Below are positions 8,094-16,022 of a stretch of DNA of 64,000 nt, piece after piece. Below the pieces are notes generated by a model. That model was not told where the DNA came from. It saw nothing but the letters and a program-made list of their open reading frames with translations, and did no database searches. The DNA is from Clostridia bacterium. Its GTDB lineage: Bacteria; Bacillota; DSM-521; Neomoorellales; SLTJ01. Where the stretch lies: positions 3,157-67,156 of the forward strand of contig SLTJ01000021.1 of assembly GCA_004347685.1 (NCBI GenBank), in the 5' to 3' direction. Position 1 is the stretch's first letter; each line of letters opens with the position of its first letter. The position numbers were made by a program, and so were the translations under genes.

Positions 8094-9722
8094 ATGAAAG
8101 CTAGCGGCAAGAAAGGAAGAGGATGGAAGTTGCCCAACATATGTCCAGATACCTTTGGCCAGTTATCCCGCTTGCTTACCTCCGGCCAGGCCCATCACGA
8201 CCTGCCGCTGCCGATCCTGGTGGAAAAGGCCTTGGAGAGACGGGAAGGCGTTTTGACCACCAGCGGCGCTCTGCGGGTCACCACCGGCAAATATACCGGC
8301 CGCTCGCCGGATGACAAATTTGTCGTCGAGCAGCCTGCCACTACGGCCAGCGTCTGGTGGGGGCCGAACCGGCCTTTGAGTGCAGCCGGTTACCAACACC
8401 TTTGGGGCCGCCTCCTGGCCTACCTGCAAAATCGCGAGCTTTTCGTTTTTCACGGGGCCGTGGGCGCCAGCCCGGCCTACGGGCTCCCGGTGCGGGTGAT
8501 AACCGAGCTGGCCTGGCAAAACCTTTTCGCCCGCCAGTTGTTCCTGCGGCCCGGGCCCCAAGCGCGGGCCGGCCGGGATTACAGGTCCGGCATCACCGTC
8601 ATTTCCGCCCCGGGCTTTGCCGCTGACCCGGAAATTGACGGGACCAACTCGGAAGCCTTTATTGTCCTGGACCTGGAAAAAAGGACTATCATAATCAGCG
8701 GCACCCAATATGCCGGAGAAATCAAGAAGTCGGTTTTTACCCTGATGAATTACTTGCTGCCGGGCCACGGGGTCCTGCCTATGCACTGCTCGGCCAACCA
8801 GGGCGAGGCCGGGGACGTGGCCTTGTTTTTCGGCCTTTCCGGCACCGGCAAGACCACCCTTTCCGCCGACCCGCAGCGCTCGCTGATCGGCGACGACGAG
8901 CACGCCTGGGATAGCGATGGGGTCTTTAACCTGGAGGGCGGTTGCTACGCCAAGTGCATCCGCCTCTCGCGGGAAAACGAGCCGCAGATCTGGGAGGCCA
9001 TCCGCTTCGGCAGCGTGCTGGAAAACGTGGCCCTCCGGGACGGTACGCGCGAGCCCGACTATGACAGCGACGCGCTGACGGAAAACACCCGCGCTGCTTA
9101 CCCGGTGGACTTCATCCCCGGAGCGCTGATCCCCGGTACTGGCGGGCACCCCCGGACGATCATCTTTCTTACTGCGGATGCCTTTGGAGTCCTACCGCCT
9201 ATTGCCCGTCTTTCCGAGGAACAGGCCATGTACCATTTCCTGGCTGGTTATACCAGCAAGCTGGCCGGAACAGAGCGCGGGGTCACCGCACCCCAGGCCA
9301 CCTTCTCCACCTGCTTTGCCGCGCCCTTCCTCCCCCGGCCGCCGCATGTTTACGCCCGCCTGCTGGGAAAGAAAATCAGGGAACACCGGGTTAACGTCTT
9401 CTTGGTAAATACCGGCTGGACGGGAGGGGCCTACGGCACTGGCCACCGCCTTCCCCTGCCTTACACTCGGGCCATGGTCCGGGCCGCCATTGCCGGCCAC
9501 CTTGACGGGGTAGAGTACGACTACGACCCTGTCTTTAACCTGGCCATCCCCAATACCTGCCCGGAGGTGCCGGCGGAGATACTCAAACCCTGGCAAGCAT
9601 GGACCGACCGCCAGGCTTACCAGCGCCAGGCCCGGGAACTGACCCGGAGGTTCGCGGCTAATGCCGAGAAGTTTACCGGCATTGCTCCGGAAACCCTCCT
9701 GGCCGGACCCAAAGCAGGATAG
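8094..9722 (+). CDS. pckA: Phosphoenolpyruvate carboxykinase (ATP)
   Basis: TGRSPDDK, YAGEIKKS, MHCSAN, FFGLSGTGKTTLS, IGDDEH and NLEGGCYAK motifs. True start may be TTG near 8130. Confidence 0.97.
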   Translation: MKASGKKGRGWKLPNICPDTFGQLSRLLTSGQAHHDLPLPILVEKALERREGVLTTSGALRVTTGKYTGRSPDDKFVVEQPATTASVWWGPNRPLSAAGYQHLWGRLLAYLQNRELFVFHGAVGASPAYGLPVRVITELAWQNLFARQLFLRPGPQARAGRDYRSGITVISAPGFAADPEIDGTNSEAFIVLDLEKRTIIISGTQYAGEIKKSVFTLMNYLLPGHGVLPMHCSANQGEAGDVALFFGLSGTGKTTLSADPQRSLIGDDEHAWDSDGVFNLEGGCYAKCIRLSRENEPQIWEAIRFGSVLENVALRDGTREPDYDSDALTENTRAAYPVDFIPGALIPGTGGHPRTIIFLTADAFGVLPPIARLSEEQAMYHFLAGYTSKLAGTERGVTAPQATFSTCFAAPFLPRPPHVYARLLGKKIREHRVNVFLVNTGWTGGAYGTGHRLPLPYTRAMVRAAIAGHLDGVEYDYDPVFNLAIPNTCPEVPAEILKPWQAWTDRQAYQRQARELTRRFAANAEKFTGIAPETLLAGPKAG

Positions 9723-9725
9723 GAA

Positions 9726-10208
9726 CTAATGCTCGGTGAACCTTCCTTGCAGGATTTCCAGGCCATGCGGGAGGGCGGGTAAAATGGCCTCCAGGCATTC
9801 CCGCACGGCCTTGGGGCTGCCGGGGAGGTTGACGATCAAGGTGCGGCCGCGGGTGGCGGCCACGGCCCGGGAAAGCATGGCCATGGGCGTGGCCTTGAGG
9901 CTGGCCAGGCGCATGGCCTCGGCTATCCCCGGTACCGGCCGTTCGGCCACGGCCCGGGTGGCCTCCGGGGTCACGTCCCTGGGGGCCAGGCCGGTGCCGC
10001 CGGTGGTGAGGAGCAAATCCACCCGTTCCTGGTCGCACCAGGCCCGCAGGGTGGCGGCCAGCAGTTCCTTTTCGTCAGGCAGGATTTCATAGGCCACCAC
10101 CTCGCCCGGCAGGGTGGCCACCATCTCCCGGATTACCTCCGCGCTCCTGTCTTCCCGCTCCCCGGCTGCGCCTTTGTCGCTGGCGGTGATTATCCCTACC
10201 CGGATCAC
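9726..10208 (-). CDS. mog: Molybdopterin adenylyltransferase (MogA/MoaB family)
   Basis: ITASDK, LTTGGTGLAPRDVTPEAT, NLPGSPKAV. Confidence 0.93.
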   Translation of the reverse strand: MIRVGIITASDKGAAGEREDRSAEVIREMVATLPGEVVAYEILPDEKELLAATLRAWCDQERVDLLLTTGGTGLAPRDVTPEATRAVAERPVPGIAEAMRLASLKATPMAMLSRAVAATRGRTLIVNLPGSPKAVRECLEAILPALPHGLEILQGRFTEH

Positions 10209-10642
10209 GATTCGGTCACCTCAATATGGTCGCCAGCCGCCACCGGCCCCCCTTCCAGGACGGCGGCGAAGAGCCCCTCCCTAGGCATGATACAGTCGCC
10301 CGTTCGCTGGTAAATAGAGCACTTGCTGTGGCATTTCTTCCCGATCTGGGTGATCTCCAGCAACACCCCCCGGCTGGTGCGCAGCCGGGTGCCCACCGGC
10401 AGGCGGAGGAGGTCTATGCCTTCCGTGGTCAGATTTTCGGCGAAATCACCCGGGCCAAGTTCACCCATATCTTCCCGCGCCCGGCCGATAGATTCCATGC
10501 TCAGCAGGCTGACCTGCCGGTGCCAGGGCCCGGCGTGGGCATCACCCTCCAGACCGTGCCCAGCCACCAGCGTTCCCTGATTCACGTTAACCTTGGGTTC
10601 ACCCTTACGGTCACTGCGGCAGACAGCCACTATCCTTCCCAT
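10205..10642 (-). CDS. MOSC domain protein
   Basis: [36 protein letters not shown]...C.I...GDCIMPREG. Confidence 0.92.
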   Translation of the reverse strand: MGRIVAVCRSDRKGEPKVNVNQGTLVAGHGLEGDAHAGPWHRQVSLLSMESIGRAREDMGELGPGDFAENLTTEGIDLLRLPVGTRLRTSRGVLLEITQIGKKCHSKCSIYQRTGDCIMPREGLFAAVLEGGPVAAGDHIEVTES

Positions 10643-11124
10643 ACTTCCTCTCCTTCCCGCAGGTAGTGCCCGGAGCGGCCCCCGGACTTTTCCACCAGGC
10701 GCACGTCTTCGATCACCATGCCCCGGTCTACGGCCTTCAACATGTCGTATACAGCCAGACAGGCCACACTAACGGCCGTAAGGGCTTCCATTTCCACCCC
10801 GGTGCGGCCGGTGGTCTTGACCCGGGATTGGACTTCGATGACCCCGGCTACCGCATCCACCCTTACCTCCACGGCCACGGCGGTCAGCGGCAGGGGGTGG
10901 CAGAGGGGAATGAGGCGGCTGGTCTCCTTGGCGGCCATAATGCCGGCCAGCCGGGCCACCCCCAGGACATCTCCTTTGGCCACCTGGCCTTCCTTGACCA
11001 GTTGCAGCGCCTCCGGCCGCACCCGTACCCGGCCCCGGGCCACTGCCTCCCGCCCGGTCACGTCTTTATCCGAAACATCCACCATCCGGGCCTGGCCCCG
11101 ACTGTCCACATGGGTCAGCTCCAT
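10630..11124 (-). CDS. moaC: Cyclic pyranopterin monophosphate synthase MoaC
   Basis: [47 protein letters not shown] before ATG 11124. Confidence 0.96.
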   Translation of the reverse strand: MELTHVDSRGQARMVDVSDKDVTGREAVARGRVRVRPEALQLVKEGQVAKGDVLGVARLAGIMAAKETSRLIPLCHPLPLTAVAVEVRVDAVAGVIEVQSRVKTTGRTGVEMEALTAVSVACLAVYDMLKAVDRGMVIEDVRLVEKSGGRSGHYLREGEEVWEG

Positions 11125-11253
11125 GACGAAATCCTCCCGCACCAATCTCTGGCGAAAATCCCCTCCGGGGTTCATACCGGCCCGCGGCCCGGAGAGCCGT
11201 GAAGATTATCCGGCCGGCGTCGCACGCCGGAGACCGCGCCCCGCCCGCCATAT

Positions 11254-12225
11254 TTACCCCCCGATCTGCGACATATATGTGCCCGGTCCCGGCTCACCCG
11301 GCGGCACCCGCGGGTGGGCCTGCGGTTTACCCAGGATGGCCTGCCGGAAGAGGGCCACGATCTCCTCCCGGGAGGCCCCCCGCCGCAGCGGGCCCTTGAC
11401 CTCAATTTCGGCGTCACTATAGAGGCAGGAACGCAGTCCCCCCAGGGCGGTGAGCCGCACGCGGTTGCACCGGGAGCAGATTTCCCCGGTGCGTCCGCCG
11501 ATAATTCCCACTGTGCCGGCCGCGCCGGGCCGGGTAAAACTCTCGGCCGGGCCGTTCCCGGCCGGCGGGTGTACCGGGAGGCGCCAGCCCAGGCGCTCCA
11601 GCTCGGCCGTTATTTCCACCTCAGGTACTGGCTTCCCCCACCGGGCCCCTTGGCCGACGGGCATGATTTCAATGAAGCGCACGTGCACCGGGTAGCGGTA
11701 GGCCAGTTCGCAAAAGGCGGGAATTTCGTCAAAGTTGAGGTCCCTGGCCACCACGGTATTGATCTTGACCGGCGACAAGCCCACAGCGTAAGCCGCCCGC
11801 AGCCCGGCCAGCACCTGCGTTAGGTCACCGCCCCGGGTAAGGTGGACGAATCTGGCGGGATCCAGGGTGTCCAGGCTGACGTTCACCCGGTCCAGGCCGC
11901 TGGCCTTCAGTTCTTCAGCCCGGGCCGCGAGCAAGGTACCATTTGTGGTCAGGGAGATTTCCTCCATGCCGGCTTCCTTCAGGGCGCGCACCAGGTAGGC
12001 CAAGTTCTTGCGTACCAGGGGTTCCCCGCCGGTAAGGCGCACCCGCCTGATCCCTACTTCGGTTGCGCACCGGCCCAGGTAGGCGATTTCCTCCAGGCGC
12101 AGTATTTCTCCTGCCGGCCGCAGGGTCACGCCTTCCTCCGGCATGCAGTAGCGGCAACGGAGATTGCACCGGTCAGTAACGGCTATCCGCAGGTAATTTA
12201 TCTCCCGCCCGAAGGAATCCAGCAT
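11254..12225 (-). CDS. moaA: GTP 3',8-cyclase MoaA (radical SAM)
   Basis: LRIAVTDRCNLRCRYC, RLTGGEPL, C..CNRVRLT...L.SCL, C-terminal MSQIGG. Confidence 0.97.
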   Translation of the reverse strand: MLDSFGREINYLRIAVTDRCNLRCRYCMPEEGVTLRPAGEILRLEEIAYLGRCATEVGIRRVRLTGGEPLVRKNLAYLVRALKEAGMEEISLTTNGTLLAARAEELKASGLDRVNVSLDTLDPARFVHLTRGGDLTQVLAGLRAAYAVGLSPVKINTVVARDLNFDEIPAFCELAYRYPVHVRFIEIMPVGQGARWGKPVPEVEITAELERLGWRLPVHPPAGNGPAESFTRPGAAGTVGIIGGRTGEICSRCNRVRLTALGGLRSCLYSDAEIEVKGPLRRGASREEIVALFRQAILGKPQAHPRVPPGEPGPGTYMSQIGG

Positions 12226-12276
12226 TTTCTCGCCCCCCTTACCCTTTCCCAAAAGAACCTCAAAAAAGGCGAAAGC

Positions 12277-14211
12277 CTACCCTTCCCACATCACCCGGCC
12301 GCAGTCGGACAGGTCATACCCGCCCATGCCCGCCACCTCGGCCTGAAACCCGGGATCCCGGATGGCCGTTAAAAGGTGCTGGACCCTGGCTTCCGCCATG
12401 AACTTCCGGGGGAAAAGCAGGTCATATCGCTCCTGGCCCAGGGGGATAAACTCCAGTCCCAGGGCCTTGGCCGCCGCCAAGATGCCCAGGCCGGCGTCGG
12501 CCGTCCCTCCGGCTACGGAGGCAGCCACGGCCAGGTGGCTGAACTGCTCCCGGCGATAACCCTTCACCTGGGACGGGTCAATACCCTCGCGCGCCAGGAG
12601 GTAATCCAGGAAAACCCTGGTCCCGGCGCCAGGCTGCCGGTTTACTATTTCCACCTCCGGCCGGGCCAGGTCTTTAATGCCAGTGATGTTCTTGGGGTTC
12701 CCCGGCTGCACCATGAGCCCCTGCTGGCGGTAAACCAGGTTTACCAGCACACACGGCCGATCCAGGTATCTTTTGACATAGGTTTCATTATAGGTGCCGG
12801 TTTCCGGGTCCAAAAGGTGGAGGCCAGCGCAAACCGCCTCCCCGGCGCGCAGGGCCATCAGGCCCCCGATGCTGCCCACGTGGGCCGAGGCCAGGCTTTC
12901 GCCCGGATACAGGCGGCGCAGGTAATTATCCAACAGGTCCAGGGCCACATCGTGGCTGCCAACGCAAAGAATCTGGCCCTCGATTTGCGCCCGGGGCCGG
13001 CGTAAGATAACCCTTACCATCTCCCCGGCGGCAACGCCTTCGGCCAGCCGGGGCACTACCAGCCACCCGTCCGCCCTGACCAGGGAGGTGATAACACCGG
13101 CGCCCCGGGGCAAGGGGTTGGCCACCAGCGTCTCCCCTACCCGGCCCAGCCGTACCCGCACGAATTCTTCGGCCCCCAAGCTGGAATACAGCTTCCGCGC
13201 CAGCCGGGCCGTCACCACTTCCGGCTCCGGAGGGAGGAGCCCCTGCCACCGGTACAGCAAAGGCCGGACAAAGAGTTCCATGGCCAGGGCGGCCGAGACC
13301 GGGTATCCTGGGATGCCGATGACCGGCTTGTCTCCTACCCGGCCAAGGATCACCGGCTTTCCGGGCCGGGTGGCTACCCCGTGGGTATAGACTTCGCCCA
13401 GTTCCCGCACCAGCCGCACGGTATAGTCGTCTCGTCCGGCGGAGGAGCCGGCGTTGACGAGCACCATGTCACTTTCGGGCAGAGCCCTGGCCAAAGCAGC
13501 CCGCAATTCCTCCCACTGGTCCGGCACCGGCCCAAACAGCTCCGGCTCTCCGCCCCAGGTTTGCACCATGCCGGCCAGCATGGCCCCATTAAACTCAGGA
13601 ATGGCTCCCGGCGGGAGATCAGGACCAGGGGACACCAACTCATCCCCGGTGGGGATGATGGCCACCCGCATCGGCCGGTATACCTGCACCCGGGTTACCC
13701 CGCCGGCCAGGACCGCGGCCAGGTGCTCCGGCGCCAGCTTTACTCCTGCCGGCAGAATCATCTCAGTGGCCACCAGGTCCTCGCCGATGGGCCGCACGTG
13801 CTGCCAAGGCGTAGCCGGGGCGATGATTTCCACCGTATCCTCGGCCGCCCAATGGATGTCCTCGATCATGATCACCGCGTCATATCCCGGTGGCAGGGGA
13901 TCGCCGGTATCCACCGGCATAGCCTCCCGGCCCACCGCCAGCCGCCTGGGACTGGTCTCCGCCGCCCCAAAGGTATCCCCGGCGCGGACAGCAAAGCCGT
14001 CCATAGCCGCGGCCGGGTAATGGGGCGAGGAGATGGCTGCGTAGATAGGGGCCGCCGTTACCCGCCCCAGGGCCTGGGTGACAGGCACCTCCGCCGCCGG
14101 CCCCGGGCCCATGGCGCCGTGTCCCGCCAGGGCCTCCTGGTAGCGGGCCAGGGCCTGGTCCCACGGCTGCCGGTCCAGATATACATCCCGGCCGAATGCC
14201 AATCCCAACAC
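12277..14211 (-). CDS. moeA: Molybdopterin molybdotransferase MoeA fused to a periplasmic-binding-protein (PBP/LysR-like) domain
   Basis: AAMDGFAVRA, IPTGDEL, HGVATRPGKP and IPGYPVSA. C-terminal VGSHD, HVGSIGGL, VNRQPGAGTR and ADAGLGI. Confidence 0.93.
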   Translation of the reverse strand: MLGLAFGRDVYLDRQPWDQALARYQEALAGHGAMGPGPAAEVPVTQALGRVTAAPIYAAISSPHYPAAAMDGFAVRAGDTFGAAETSPRRLAVGREAMPVDTGDPLPPGYDAVIMIEDIHWAAEDTVEIIAPATPWQHVRPIGEDLVATEMILPAGVKLAPEHLAAVLAGGVTRVQVYRPMRVAIIPTGDELVSPGPDLPPGAIPEFNGAMLAGMVQTWGGEPELFGPVPDQWEELRAALARALPESDMVLVNAGSSAGRDDYTVRLVRELGEVYTHGVATRPGKPVILGRVGDKPVIGIPGYPVSAALAMELFVRPLLYRWQGLLPPEPEVVTARLARKLYSSLGAEEFVRVRLGRVGETLVANPLPRGAGVITSLVRADGWLVVPRLAEGVAAGEMVRVILRRPRAQIEGQILCVGSHDVALDLLDNYLRRLYPGESLASAHVGSIGGLMALRAGEAVCAGLHLLDPETGTYNETYVKRYLDRPCVLVNLVYRQQGLMVQPGNPKNITGIKDLARPEVEIVNRQPGAGTRVFLDYLLAREGIDPSQVKGYRREQFSHLAVAASVAGGTADAGLGILAAAKALGLEFIPLGQERYDLLFPRKFMAEARVQHLLTAIRDPGFQAEVAGMGGYDLSDCGRVMWEG

Positions 14212-14220
14212 CTCCGCTAT

Positions 14221-15456
14221 CTACGCTAACAGAGTGATCTCCACTGTCTCTCCAGCCGCCAAGCCATCCTTTTCAATAGGAATGCGCAGCAGGCCGTCGG
14301 CCTGGACCAGGGGCCGCAGGAGCCCGGATTTGCCCAGCACCGGCTCGGCCCAGACTATTCCATCCTCCAAGACCAGCCGCACAGCCACAAACTCCTCGCG
14401 CCCGGAAGCCGAAGCCAGGCTGCGCCGGAGAACCGCCTTGACCGTGGGCTGTAACTCCCGGGGCGGGTATTCCCCCCGGGCCAGGAGAGGGCCGAGGAGT
14501 ACCTGGAAGAAAACGGCGGCTGCCCCCGGATGTCCAGGGACACCTATGATCAGGCTATCCTGTACCCTGGCCGCCAGGGCCGGTTTGCCAGGCTTCAAGG
14601 CCACCCCGTGGAACAGGACTTCGGCCCCCAGCCGCTCCTGCAGCACCTCCAGCACCAGGTCCCGGCTGCCGACCGAACTGCCTCCGGACAACACGAGCAG
14701 GTCGCTGGCCGCCAGGGCGGCTTCTATCCCGGCCTGCAGCTCCCCCAGGGTATCGCCGGCTATCCCCCACAATGTGGCCCGGGCGCCGGCGGCCTGGGCA
14801 AGGCCCAGCAGGGTATAGGAATTCATATCCCGCACCTGTCCGGCCCGCGGCACCCGGTCCGGCGGGATAATCTCATTGCCGGTGGCCAGTATCCCCACGG
14901 CCAGGGGCGGGAAAACCGGGACCTCAGTTACGCCCGCGCCGGCCAGCAGGCCCAGGTCAAAGGGCCGCAGCCTCCGCCCCCGGGCCAGGACCCAACCCCC
15001 CTGCGGGACGTCTTCGCCGGCGGCGATGATGTTTTCCCCCGGCGCCACGGCCTTGACCACCCCCACCTCCACGGGTGATACTTCCTCCATATTCTCCACC
15101 ATAACCACAGCGTCAGCTCCCTCCGGCAATACGCCGCCGGTAGGGATGCTGGCTGCTTCTCCTGTTCCTACCTGCAGCCGCGGTTCCTGGCCCATGAAGA
15201 CCTCGCCGACAATTCTCAGGTAGGCCGGAAGGGCCGGGCTGGCGCCGAAAGTATCAGCCGCCCGTACGGCAAAACCATCCACCGTGGCCCGGGTAAAGGG
15301 TGGCAGGTGGGCTTGCGCATAAATATCCTCGGCCAGCGTGGCTCCCAGGGCCCCGGCCAGGGGGGCCACGACTACCTCGGCCCGGTCCCGGGGCCAGTTT
15401 TCTGCCAGGATTCTCTCTGCTTCACCCAGGGTGACAACCCGAAAAAACTCCCGCAT
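14221..15456 (-). CDS. moeA: Molybdopterin molybdotransferase MoeA (gephyrin-like)
   Basis: RATVDGFAVRAADTFGAS, IPTGGVLPEGADAVVMVE, SGGSSVG.RD, KPGKP. Confidence 0.95.
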   Translation of the reverse strand: MREFFRVVTLGEAERILAENWPRDRAEVVVAPLAGALGATLAEDIYAQAHLPPFTRATVDGFAVRAADTFGASPALPAYLRIVGEVFMGQEPRLQVGTGEAASIPTGGVLPEGADAVVMVENMEEVSPVEVGVVKAVAPGENIIAAGEDVPQGGWVLARGRRLRPFDLGLLAGAGVTEVPVFPPLAVGILATGNEIIPPDRVPRAGQVRDMNSYTLLGLAQAAGARATLWGIAGDTLGELQAGIEAALAASDLLVLSGGSSVGSRDLVLEVLQERLGAEVLFHGVALKPGKPALAARVQDSLIIGVPGHPGAAAVFFQVLLGPLLARGEYPPRELQPTVKAVLRRSLASASGREEFVAVRLVLEDGIVWAEPVLGKSGLLRPLVQADGLLRIPIEKDGLAAGETVEITLLA

Positions 15457-15475
15457 CGCATCCTCCGGAAACGTC

Positions 15476-15652
15476 CTAGAAACATCCTAACTCGCAGGCC
15501 ATTATCTTCACTCCAAGCTGGTCGCAAGCCTCCCCTACCAGCCTCACCTCCACGCCGAGCCGGGCGGCGATTTCCCGGGCCCCGGTGCAGGTGATCTTTT
15601 TTTCCCGAGACGCTTCTTGTACTGCGGTCAAAACCTGTTCCGGTACAGTCAA
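15476..15652 (-). CDS. Small Cys-rich protein (58 aa) of unknown function, first gene of the Moco operon; not in the ORF track
   Basis: RBS GAGGGAGGAG, TTG start: MTVPEQVLTAVQEASREKKITCTGAREIAARLGVEVRLVGEACDQLGVKIMACELGCF*. Four Cys; ends 20 bp before moeA. Confidence 0.8.
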   Translation of the reverse strand: MTVPEQVLTAVQEASREKKITCTGAREIAARLGVEVRLVGEACDQLGVKIMACELGCF

Positions 15653-15790
15653 ACTGCTCCCTCCCTCACCATGTTGTGGTCGCCGTCAGCTCTACCCACG
15701 CCAGCCCGGCAGGCGGCGCTGGCCGCCAATCCTTCACCAAATCCCTGGTAATTCCCGGCCTTCGCCCCGCCAGTTACCTGGCCGGTGATA

Positions 15791-15816
15791 AATGAGGCGC
15801 CGCTACCGGCGCCTGG
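15791..15816 (-). terminator. Hairpin downstream of the Moco aptamer (possible expression platform)
   Basis: AGGCGCCG-GTAG-CGGCGCCT followed by CATTTAT (weak U tract). Confidence 0.45.
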
Positions 15817-15832
15817 GATTACCACAACTAGA

Positions 15833-15950
15833 GCTCCTTTCCAAGCACGGGAGGGAGGTGAATTTCTTCACCGCCCCGGCACTACCTCGGTAGCAGGCTG
15901 CTGGCCATAGCCTTTGCGGGCCTTAGGTCGGACAGCTCGGAGCCGCTATT
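15833..15950 (-). ncRNA. Moco/Tuco (molybdenum/tungsten cofactor) riboswitch
   Basis: Minus strand CTCCGAGCTGTCCGACCTAAGG...TATGGCC...CCTCCCGTGCTTGGAAAGGAG matches the motif as I recall it, and it lies upstream of Moco genes. Confidence 0.88.
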
Positions 15951-15969
15951 CACTTTGCCACTTAACGGG

Positions 15970-15998
15970 ATTATACCACCGTTTTCGGGACTGCACAA
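15970..15998 (-). promoter_or_regulatory. SigA promoter of the Moco operon
   Basis: TTGTGC-17 nt-TATAAT with an extended TG. Confidence 0.75.
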
Positions 15999-16022
15999 GC
16001 CTTGTCCGAGACAAAAAACCGC

